DNA of 64,000 nt from Guillardia theta CCMP2712 (lineage: Eukaryota > Protista > Cryptophyta). The DNA lies in contig NW_005434642.1 in NCBI RefSeq assembly GCF_000315625.1, positions 3,080 through 67,079 of the forward strand, given 5' to 3'. Of this stretch, positions 35,078 to 45,300 are shown piece after piece; the first letter of the stretch is position 1, and each line of letters opens with the position of its first letter. The position numbers and the translations under genes were made by a program. The notes below the pieces were generated by a model. It made no database searches, was not told the origin of the DNA, and saw only the letters and a list, made by a program, of their open reading frames with translations.

Positions 35078-37826
35078 GAAGGAGAGAATGTTGAATATTC
35101 ACAAACAATCCCGTGTGCACCTTCTTTGCTCCAACAACTTGCGAGGCCTGACTGGACTATGAAGGCGGCGATGCCACAAAGTCTGGTTTCGAAATCGAGC
35201 TTCCTGTGAGCAAGACGAGTATGAAACCACCGAGCCCAACGCAGAAAACCCGACGACGGGGAGCACCAATAATGCTGATAACAGCAGTATCGATGATCTG
35301 AGAGTAGTGGAGAAGCCTTGTTCGGCAAGGGCGTCAGAGGCGAGCAGAACAAGCTGGGCGATGACGAGGAGGACCAAGCGCGGGCACTTGAACAAGCGTC
35401 TGGGTCGGGCGCCAGGTACGTAGTACGTCCCGGGTCAGCATCAGGTTTGTACCCCACCTATACCCACAGTACGTCACGAGGAAAGTACCGGTACGAAACA
35501 CAAAGTACGAACACAGCTCTTTTGAGTTTTTCATTGGATTTGGGAAGGGGTGGGGGTGCTTGAAATTTCGTATGTACCGGGTACTCTCGGTGTCATTTCA
35601 TGGATCATTATCCCCTACACAACTCAATTAAGGGGTTCAGTTGCTGATCCTCCATTGCTCGTGGAACGTGCGACCTATCACCGGTACATTTGATATTCAA
35701 AATGGGGGTCCGGGTACACCGCCCCCCTTCCTCGGAGGAATTCCGTGTGATCCATGACCTTAAAACATCCATTATAATGGATCTCCACCCCACCACCCGC
35801 TGTACCCCACACGTCATAAAGAAACAACCCCCTCCGAGTAGCCCCCATGTTCCCATTGAAGCTCCCAGTACCTTGCGACTCTAGCGAGACCGAGATGACC
35901 TACACAAGGAGCCTTACAGCACCCCCGCGCCGTGACGCCCTAAAAAAACCATCCGCGTGCCGCAAAAAACAAAGGAAAAGTTAACGACCAGTAATAAGAC
36001 CTGCCAGTGTGTGATAGTCGGATCCAAGATTGTGATCCGATCCCCAATGTAATAGTGCTACTAGTGAAGTGATTCCTGTTTAGTGTGTCACACGGTACTC
36101 CGGCTCTCTCGATATAATGAGCTCGATGCCGTCAGCCGGACTGCCGGCCGCGACGTGACGTCACGTCAGTCACTCAGCGGGACGTGACGTGATCCGTTGC
36201 GGTCTCCCTAAACCAGTATCTCAACGGTACGCCCGGCCCTCGGCATTCGTCCGGATGGCCGCTACTCTGACACTGTCAGCACTGTTGACATCTTGTGGTA
36301 CAGTCAATCTTGAGGAGCTAAATTGAAACTACAGTCACAAAGTTCATTATTGTTGTGATGATCTACGTTAGAGTCATGCTGTTTGTTGCAAGTTTGTAAG
36401 CAGGTACCCGGTGTAACTGACTTCCGGTACTCCTGGCGTTGCGTTTCAGTGGGATCTATGGCCTCATACCGGACCAGGTCCGTGGAGTGAGCGCATCAGC
36501 ACAGTTGGGAGAAAATGAAGCTCTACCCGATAGTGCAAAGGGGCAACAAGATGTTGATTTCTCAATGAATGACTGTGAGCATACTTCATACCAGTCTGGC
36601 GATCTTGTGATATGCTTTTCCACCAGAAATCTGGTTTGACCGAAGAACGATCAGAGTATGATTGAAAGTTTGAATCCAATCCATTTTAATTGAATACATG
36701 GATCAGGAACCAAATCAAGACCTTTTCCCAAGCCTTCAATACAGTGAAGAGTCAAATGATGAACAAAACTTCGTTCTGTCCGCATCCAACTAGAAGCTCG
36801 TTGTTGGCATCTTTGTAATTTCACTTCATTCAGTTTTTTAAAGAACGGCATAAATAAAGGCAGTCTATCGGATACGAAGAGCCTATAGTCATACGCGTCT
36901 GATGCAACTAAAAACATTGAGCAAAAGCTTAGTCCAAGTACTAGAGAGCAGAACGACAGATCAGAAAAAGTCTAGTATTTCCCCTTGGTGGCAGTTTGAT
37001 CCTAGAGGGTCAAGATGGGACTGGGAGGTGAGCCAAGGTTGAGAATGAAGAGGGGAGGGAGGGAGAGAGGGAGAGGGAGAGGGAGAGGGAGAAAGGGTGG
37101 GGTTGGGTGTGGGTGTGTGTTGGGGGGTTTCGGGGTCTAAAGGTAAATCGATGACACTGGAAGCAGGAGCAAGACTGGGTCACGTGAAGATGACTGCGCA
37201 CGTAGGCGAAAATACATTTTTTGGATATCGAGATCTTTGAGATCGGAGCAGTACGTTCACAGGAAAAAAACAATCCTTCACAAGTAAACTTTTCAATTCT
37301 GTACCCTCCCCCCACCCACCCTGTTCACGACTTTCTGCCTCCAGGCATGGAAAAGGACCCCTAGGGCCATAAGTCCCTCCGTCATCTCTGAACCGGCTGA
37401 CACCCTCACTGCCACCCCCCATAGCTCTCCTTTTTCCTAATTCTCGCATAGTGTAAAAGCCATATCCTCCTACCTCCTACCTCCACAAACTGCCTCTGGC
37501 TTTACACACGTTCGTTGTTCCACACGCTCTGCTAGCTCTCGTGGCGTCGGGTCCCTGTCGTCTCAGACGCCCTGCTAGTCTTGCGCCTCTCACCTTCGTC
37601 CTCCCTCCCACTTCCTCCCCCCCCCCCCTCTCGTCATCGCCAACACTTGTCGCCTCAAGCTCACCAGCTCCTTGCAACTCAAGGTGTACTGCGAAGACAC
37701 CCTCAGCTGGCAAAACGGCAAAACTGTTCTCTTGTCTAAAGCCGTATCTCTGCCCCAGTCAAGACATCAGCGGCTTATTCTCCTAGATTTCACAACACTT
37801 CTACAAGTTCAGAGCATCTTGATCGA

Positions 37827-38717
37827 ATGCTTGACATGAAGTCTCGTCCCTTCCCTACCAACAAGTCCATCGTCAGCCCTCTCGCCGCAAGCTTCGAGGC
37901 TGTCATCAAATGCAACATCCCGTTCGGCAAGAAGAAGAGCCCTCGCGACGCCTCCGCCCGATTCAAGAAGCCTGTCAAGGGTGCCAGGACCAACAACGTC
38001 AGAGCCAAAGTCTTTCCGAGGAGGAAGAAGGGAGAGCTCGAGCGCAGCAACAGTACCTCGCTCTCCCTGACGCTCAAGGACGTGAAGGGTCTCTTTCATC
38101 TCCGGCAGAGTGATGCAGCTCGCACGCTGGGCATATCGTTGACGGCGATGAAAAATGCATGCAGGAGGCTGGGGATCTGGAGGTGGCCATACTCACGCCA
38201 GCGGCCAAGGGGCTCAGCTACCACGGAAGGAAGCGGATGCGAAGAGGGGGCAGGCTCGCCAGAAGCATGCTGCATGTCTTCGGCAGAAGAGGAGACCGCT
38301 GTCTGGATGAACTTGGAGGAAGGGGAGGAGGAGCTCGAGTGCCAAGACGAGTATCCTGTGCATGGCGCGTGGGAGGGAGATCAGGATACGTGCAGCCTGT
38401 CGGAGCTGCTGGGCGATCAAGTGGAGGAGGGTGTGGGCAATGGCGGAATGGAGTTTCTGAGCATGGAGGAGAGCAGGCTGGGAGATGAGTGGGGGATACA
38501 GCAGGATAGGATGGGGAGTGAGCAGAAGCGTGAGGCAGCTTTGGACAACAGCAGAAGGCAGGAGAGGAAGGGGAGCACTCAACTGCCCGGCTGCTGCATA
38601 TCGGACTATCTTCACTGGCCGGAGGTGCAGACGCTAGAGCAATGGCGGACATGCATCACAGACGGGAGAGAGGAGGACTCATCTATGCAGAAATATATGA
38701 CAATGATGCTCCTTTGA
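37827..38717 (+). CDS. RWP-RK domain transcription factor
   Basis: LTLKDVKGLFHLRQSDAARTLGISLTAMKNACRRLGIWRWPYSRQR; single long ORF. Confidence 0.92.
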   Translation: MLDMKSRPFPTNKSIVSPLAASFEAVIKCNIPFGKKKSPRDASARFKKPVKGARTNNVRAKVFPRRKKGELERSNSTSLSLTLKDVKGLFHLRQSDAARTLGISLTAMKNACRRLGIWRWPYSRQRPRGSATTEGSGCEEGAGSPEACCMSSAEEETAVWMNLEEGEEELECQDEYPVHGAWEGDQDTCSLSELLGDQVEEGVGNGGMEFLSMEESRLGDEWGIQQDRMGSEQKREAALDNSRRQERKGSTQLPGCCISDYLHWPEVQTLEQWRTCITDGREEDSSMQKYMTMMLL

Positions 38718-40118
38718 AAGCCTGGGACGTCTGGAATTTCATAATCTCATTTCTCTCGGTTTTTCTTTTATTCCGAAGTTGTTCCGCGTGTTTGTTTGCG
38801 GACCCACAACCTGGGGGGGTGCCTCAGTCATTGAATTTTTTGTATTTGTTCTTAATCATAGTTGTGTTTTTATTGTCATGATCATCGCTGGCAAGCATAT
38901 CGGAAGCCATCATTGTGATACCGTACTTAAGTTACTAACTTAACTTTGAGTAAAGGAGTCAACAGTTATGAAGCCTAAGCTCGGGCCTTTTCGGGACCAT
39001 TTGATAGCCTCCGGGCACTGTCAAGTACCGTGAATCATTTCATAACATGATCCGTGTTGCCGCCGCAGTGTGCGGCGCCGGGCGCCGGGGCCGCCCGCCC
39101 ACAGTGATCGGACTGGCATGCATGATGGCCGGGCATTCAATCGGATAATGAAGGCTCAGGCTCCGACTCTCAGTTCCGGGCCGGCGGCCGGGCCGGACCC
39201 GCCTACATATCGAGCCTGCCTCAGGATAATTTGTTTTAATTAGAGGAGGCAGTACTTTTCTGCTACTTTTGATATCAGCGAAGGGCGGGGGCATCACGGG
39301 CTTTTCAAAGTACGGGTACTTGATTCTAGAAGGACCGGGTAGTGTCTGCAAGCAGGCATTGGTGCTGTCCCGGGCCATGCTTCCCAGAGCCTTCGCGCGG
39401 GGGTCGGGCGAGAGGAGGAGGGCGAAGGCGTGGGATGAACTAGAACGGCAGGAGAGAGCAAGTGATGCTGGTAGAGGAAGAGGACATGATGAGAAAGTGT
39501 GGGGAGACATGCTCTGCTGGTTGTCTGGCCTGCTCAAAAAGGAAGGGTACCGATCTACTTCCTGTGAGACGTAGGGAATGCTCGAAGGAGTTCGGGAAGC
39601 GAGGTCAGGAAAGAATGTATGTGAGACAGTGAGTGCATTATGTAGTGTGCTGAGAAGCTGAGATGATGTCCTTGTATAAGAGTTTTCATCCGCAGGAGAT
39701 AAATCGAAGAAAAATGACGTGGCAGGATTTTCGTTGTATTTTGATGAAGTTTTCTCGTTCTAGTTTCGTTGTGAGCATTATAGATAGGGTTTCCATGCTG
39801 GTGCTGCTGGTGCTGCTGGTGCTGCTGGTGCTGCTGCTGGTGGTGGCGGCGGTGGTGGTGATGCTGATGCTGATACCCGTTGATGCCGTTGATGCTGCTG
39901 CTGTTTTGTTTTTGTTGTTGTTGATGAGGATGATGGCCCTGGATATTTGCTGGCTGATGCTGATACCTACACTTCCTCACCATATCCTTTTCAAAACACA
40001 AGTTTGCAGCTGTCAGCTAGAATTGACCGTTTGGGCCCGAGGAAGAACTTTGGTAGGACATGGGGAGTGAAGAGGATGGTGTACTCCAAGAAAAATAGAA
40101 GTCCAGCAGTAGAAGAGG

Positions 40119-40465
40119 AGAGAAAAGTAGATGTAAACAGAGGAAAGTAGATGTAAACAGAGGAAAGTAGATGTAAACAGAGGAAAGTAGATGTAAACAG
40201 AGGAAAGTAGATGTTAACAGAGGAAAGTAGATGTAAACAGAGGAAAGTAGATGTAAACAGAGGAAAGTAGATGTAAACAGAGGAAAGTAGATGTAAACAG
40301 AGGAAAGTAGATGTAAACAGAGGAAAGTAGATGTAAACAGAGGAAAGTAGATGTTAACAGAGGAAAGTAGATGTAAACAGAGGAAAGTAGATGTAAACAG
40401 AGGAAAGTAGATGTAAACAGAGGAAAGTAGATGTTAACAGAGGAAAGTAGATGTATTCAGAGGAA
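40119..40465. repeat. 20-bp minisatellite (AGAGGAAAGTAGATGTAAAC), ~17 copies
   Basis: Near-perfect period 20; GTTAAC variants in the units at 40211, 40351 and 40431; no spacers. Confidence 0.97.
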
Positions 40466-40512
40466 CTGAAGGGCGTTGAACAAGTTTTTCACTCATTTCG
40501 CCAGAGTAGACG

Positions 40513-40938
40513 ATGCCGTCCGAAGATGAACAACATCGTGTCGCTATCCAAGCGCGCGAGAAGCAGGTCCTGCAGCTGCTCTCCCGTCCCTCCGCAGCCC
40601 TCAAGGCAGCTCTCACCGATCCTCCTTACAGCGCCAAATCGCCAGACGTGCGGGTGAGGGGAGGAGGAGGAGAGGAGTTTCGTGTGCTGAAGAAGAGCCG
40701 CCAGAAGTCGAGCATGAAGGTTGTGGTGAAGGCCATTCAAGGAGTGCAGGAGAAGGAGATCGCCGGTGTGATCGACGAGCTGTCGGGGGAGGAGCAGGAT
40801 GTGCTGATGAAGTACCTCTACCGAGGGCTGGAGGAGGTAGAGGCTTGCAACTCTCTGCTCAAGTGGCATGCGATTCTCACCGAGAAAGCGGGAGTTGGGT
40901 GCATTATGAGGGTTCTTGCAGATAGAAACAAGTTGTAA
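40513..40938 (+). CDS. ARPC5: Arp2/3 complex subunit 5 (p16-Arc)
   Basis: ALKAALTDPPY, DVLMKYLYRGL, LLKWHAILTEKAGVGCIMRVLADR; in-frame 51-nt intron 40654-40704. Confidence 0.95.
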   Translation: MPSEDEQHRVAIQAREKQVLQLLSRPSAALKAALTDPPYSAKSPDVRVRGGGGEEFRVLKKSRQKSSMKVVVKAIQGVQEKEIAGVIDELSGEEQDVLMKYLYRGLEEVEACNSLLKWHAILTEKAGVGCIMRVLADRNKL

Positions 40939-41108
40939 ATAGAACGATTAGCGCAAGCCATGGCTCTCGTCGTGTGAGGAGACAACGTCGCAGGACGCCC
41001 ATCCTCGAGATCAAGACTCCTCCCTTGCCTGCTCTCCTCTACTGCCTGCTCTCTTCTCATCCCTGCCCTCCTTCCTGCCCCTCCTCATTGCCCCCTCGTC
41101 GTCGTTGA

Positions 41109-41609
41109 TCATTCAGCTGGTCTCCTGAAGAAAGCATTCTTCATGCAGAGTTTTGCCTGTTGCAGCCTCCCGCTCTCACTCTGGTTACCCCTCCAGGTGA
41201 TGGCCATGTTGTCAAACTCCTCCTCCGTTAGCCCCCACCACACGTTCCCCTGCTGGATGAAGATGGGTAACGAGATGCCGCTCTTGCTCGAGGACAGCGC
41301 TGGGAACACATCGTCCCAGCCCAGGTCGGACGTATAGTGCATTTCATGCACCACTCCGTTCTGCCATAGCACCATACCGATCCGCTGGTTTGCTGGGTTG
41401 CCCAGTCGGGTGATAACTACCAGGATGCAGTTCTTGCTGGCTCCTGTGGCATCTGCACTGACGTCGTCGCTAGCAGGGAGCTGAGGGATGAGTTCAGTCC
41501 CCGTGAAGCTGACGCCCTTGGCTGAGATGCGAGCCTGAGGAGGAGGAGGGTTGTTCATGGCATACGCTCGCTCTTCTCTGCTCACGCTGCTGCTCTGCTC
41601 GTTGCCCAT
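41109..41609 (-). CDS. Hypothetical protein with N-myristoylation motif
   Basis: MGNEQSS start; intronless ~166-aa ORF with a globular-looking C-terminal half. Confidence 0.65.
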   Translation of the reverse strand: MGNEQSSSVSREERAYAMNNPPPPQARISAKGVSFTGTELIPQLPASDDVSADATGASKNCILVVITRLGNPANQRIGMVLWQNGVVHEMHYTSDLGWDDVFPALSSSKSGISLPIFIQQGNVWWGLTEEEFDNMAITWRGNQSESGRLQQAKLCMKNAFFRRPAE

Positions 41610-42328
41610 GAGATGCTGTTGCCGTCTGGATGCTGAGGAGCAGAAATGACAAGGAAGAGAAGCTTTCTCTTGCTCGCTCCCACTCTCTCCTCTCTTTCCA
41701 CTCGTCACTGCCGCTGCCCCCTCGTCTTGCCTTTCAAAGAGCAGGCGATCTTGACTAGGTCAATCGAAAAAATACGAAAGGAGAGGTAGGGGGGAGAGGG
41801 GGAGGAATGAAGAGAAGAGGGGAGAGGATGGATGGATGGAGGGAGGGAGGGAGGGAGGGAGGGAGGGAGGGAGGGAGGAGGAGGGAGGGAGGGAGGGAGG
41901 GAGGGAGGGAGGAGGGAGGGAGGGAGGGAGGGAGGAGGAGGGAGGGAGTGAAAAGGAGGGAGGGAGGGAGGAGGGACGTAGTGAGAGGAAGGATGGACGG
42001 AGGAAGAGCAAGGAGGACAGCATTGAGGGAGGGAGGAGGGAGAGGATAGGATGGTGATGAATTGAGGGTGGAGGGACAAACCAGGAAAGAAAGAGGACGA
42101 AGGGGGTGGAAGCAGGAAAAGAGGGGCAAGAGCGCTCTGCTGGGACTCTCATCTAATTCATGAACATCAAGGTCGTTGAAGTTGTTGAGCTAAGAGGGGG
42201 GTTGATGATTGATTGAAGACAATCATCCAGGTAAGACTTTACATGTAGCTCGCTCGTTGAAGACAATCTTCCAAGTAAGACTTTAGATGTGGCTTGTTCT
42301 CGCAACATTCGTTTAAAACTCAATCCAG

Positions 42329-45300
42329 TTACTCAGTCCCCCGGTCAAAACCGTTCTCTCCCTGTCTCTGCTGCTGCTGCTGCTGCTGCTGCATATTCCT
42401 CTCACGCAAGGCACTCGCCGCGCTCTTGTCTTGCATGGCAGGAGCTTTCTTGTTGACATGGACCAGCACCCAGTCCTTGCTCAGCGACCGCTCGTCCCCT
42501 GAGTCTTGAGCCTTCTGCTTGCTCATCCCATCCACCTTGTCTCCTCCTGTCTTCACGATCAGCCCCCACCATTGCAGACGCCTGCTGCCATACCTCTTCC
42601 TCCGCTACTTGGCCGTTCTCTCTTCCCCGAGGATGGCTGCGAGCCTCCTGTTGGAGTTACGGTCAGGAGAAGCGAGCGAAGGGAGGAACAGGAAGAAGAG
42701 ACCGCCGGGAAAGGAGGAGGATGAGGAGGAAGAAGAAGTGGAAGAAGTAGAGGAGGAAAAGGAGCAGGAGCAGGAGCAGGAGCAGGAGGAGCAGGAGGAG
42801 GAGCAGGAGGAGGAGGAGGAGGAGGAGAAGCTGGTGTAGATTTCTAGACACCTTCAGCGTGATTGGGCGGGTCACCAGAGACGTTGAAAACTTTTTTCGG
42901 GGAGTTGATGAAGTTGATGGTGGATAGAAACCCATGCAAAATCCGACTCGTCGATATCATTGGCAGCTGCTGACAGTCAGAACAGGTCTAGGAGGATGGA
43001 AAGAGGCAAAGCAGTGGGAAAGGAGAGTGAGAGAAGCGGGGAGAGAGACAGGGAGGGAGGGAAAGGGGAAGAGTACGGGGAGGAAGGGGGAGGGAGTGAA
43101 GAATGGGGAAGGTGAGGGGATTGGGAGGAGGGAGAGGGAGGAGGGAGAGGATGACGAGGGAGCGACAGGGAAGGGGAGAGAGGAAGGGAGCAGTGTTTGG
43201 GAGGGAGGAGGGGAGAAGGGAAGAGTGAGGGACAGAAAGAGAGGGAGAGGAGACAGTGAAAGCACCTTGATGAGAGTGGACATGAACTCGTTCAGCCAGA
43301 CTTTTCTGCATTCGATCAGGTCGGGGTCGAACCTATGGAACCAGGTCGACGAGCGCATTCCTCCGAACAACTCCTGCTGCCTCGTTAGAGCTCTTCCTCT
43401 CCCTCCACCCCCAGCACGAGCAGGAGCAAGGACCTTGGCAACAGCAGGCATCGGGACTTGCGGGTACATGACGGTCAGCTTGTTGTAAAGCTCAAGGAAC
43501 TCGCTGACAGGAAGTGGTGAGCTCCTGCTGGGCAGAGTCGTTGCCTTCTCAGCTCACCTGTATCGCTTCTCGAGCGTGAAGATCTGCCCGTTGGCAAGCA
43601 GGACGCTCGTGCGGTACTTGGTCAGCCTCTTCCCGTTCTCGAAGTGATCGACCGACTGGTCGACGCGGCAGCTGGACAAGCTGTGAGCGAAAATTTTGAC
43701 AAGCGCAGGTTGAGCTTACCCGACCACCAGGTTTGACATGTCAGCTGGAGGCTCTGCTGAGACTTGCTGGAGGTCAGCCAGCGATCGCTCGAGAGTCTCA
43801 ATGCGGGCGAAGAGCAACTCCTGCAGGGCCTCAGCTGGGGGCGAGCTGACTCGGACTGGTGGAGCTGGGGGCGAGCTGACTTGGACTGGTGGAGCTGGGG
43901 ACGAGCTGACTTGGACTGGTGGAGCTGGGGACGAGCTGACTTGGACTGGTGGAGCTGGGGACGAGCTGACTTGGACTGGTGGAGCTGGGGACGAGCTGCT
44001 TTGGACTGGTGGAGCTGGGGACGAGCTGCCTCGGACTGGTGGAGCTGGGGACGAGCTGACTTGGACTGGTGGAGCTGGGGACGAGCTGCCTCGGACTGGT
44101 GGAGCTGGGGGCGAGCTGACTCGGACTGGTGGAGCTGGGGACGAGCTGCCTCGGACTGGTGGAGCTGGGGACGAGCTGATCTCTGGGCTGTGGAGGATGT
44201 AGCTCAAGTTGTCCGCTGACCTGTCAAACGACGGAGTCGCCTGGGTAGCAGCTCGCGGTGTCTGCCTTGTGGGGTCCGAAGGGATCGAGTGAGCTGCTAG
44301 GGCTGTGCTCGCTGGTGAAGGAGAGGACGCAGCGGCTGCTTGCTGATCTGCATGGCTGACTTGAGCTCGAGGTCCTTCAGCAGGCGCCGGCGCGTCCTGG
44401 CGCAGGTTGTTCGCCGCTTCATGCTCCTGACGGTGCTGCTCCGGGTAAGGAGCGGAGCTTTCCAATACCTCCTCTTTCTTCTCCTGTTGGTGAACCTCCT
44501 CCTCCTGTTGGTGAACCTCCTCCTGTCGGCGGCTCTCCTCCTCTTGCACGGCGGTCTCTCCATCGGGTTGGATCTCATCTTCCTGCAGCGCAGACATCTG
44601 GAGGCGACAAGCTCCCTGCTGTTCTTCTCTCCCCGCATCGCCTCTTCCTCTCTGGCTGGACGCGCGCGGCGTCTCCTCCTCAGCAGCCCTCTCAATCTTG
44701 AGCGGGGTGAACCACTGGATCTCGTCGTCGGAGCTCCTGGGGTTCTCAAACTTGGACGCAACCACGTCCTGGGTCTTTTTGCGATCCTGCGACAGCAGCA
44801 TGCGGAGGTTTAGGAGCTGCTCGCCCACTGACTCGAGCTGGCCTTGAAGGTCGCGGGCTGCCACCACGTTGCTGGCCCACTTGTCAGTTGAGTTGCAAGT
44901 TTGATTCAAAGCGCTCGCTGTCTTGTCCTCTTGGACAGCCCTCGGCCTGGGAGGAGGGGAGAAGCAGGAGGTGTCGAAGAGACTTGAGATGTGCAACATG
45001 GTCTGTTCCATGTCAGAGCAGCAAGAGGAGCATCGGTGCAGAAGAAAGTCGACTTCGTTTGCACCCTGAGGATGGGCAATAGATTGTAGGGAGCAAGGAC
45101 GAGAAAATGACGGGGACAGTTGGAGTGACCAGAGTGCAATCAAGGAGGAGGAGGAGGAGGAGGAGGAGGAGGAGGAGGAGGAGGAGGAGGAGATCAGTAG
45201 GGTAAGGGAAAACAGTATCTTGTCAGTTATGTCAAGAAAATTGCAAAGAAATCCTCACCTCCAAAGATTGAGATCGTCTTGAGTCCAAAGTCTGCCAGAC

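Noticed and set aside
36300-36960. Possible small gene or transposon remnant between the RWP-RK genes
   Set aside because: Some splice-like sites, but no coherent ORF, TIR or transposase motif could be assembled
39040-40070. ORFs 39040-39537, 39269-39574, 39555-40001 and 39663-40070
   Set aside because: Overlap a GC block and CTG/GTG repeats; no conserved features
40119-40465. CRISPR-like array
   Set aside because: Units are contiguous with no unique spacers, there are no cas genes, and the context is eukaryotic
43738-44219. Plus-strand repeat ORFs (WTGGAGDELT / DWWSWGRADL) as RiPP-like precursor
   Set aside because: Antisense readings of the 30-bp coding repeat inside the longer minus-strand exon; no leader peptide or processing genes
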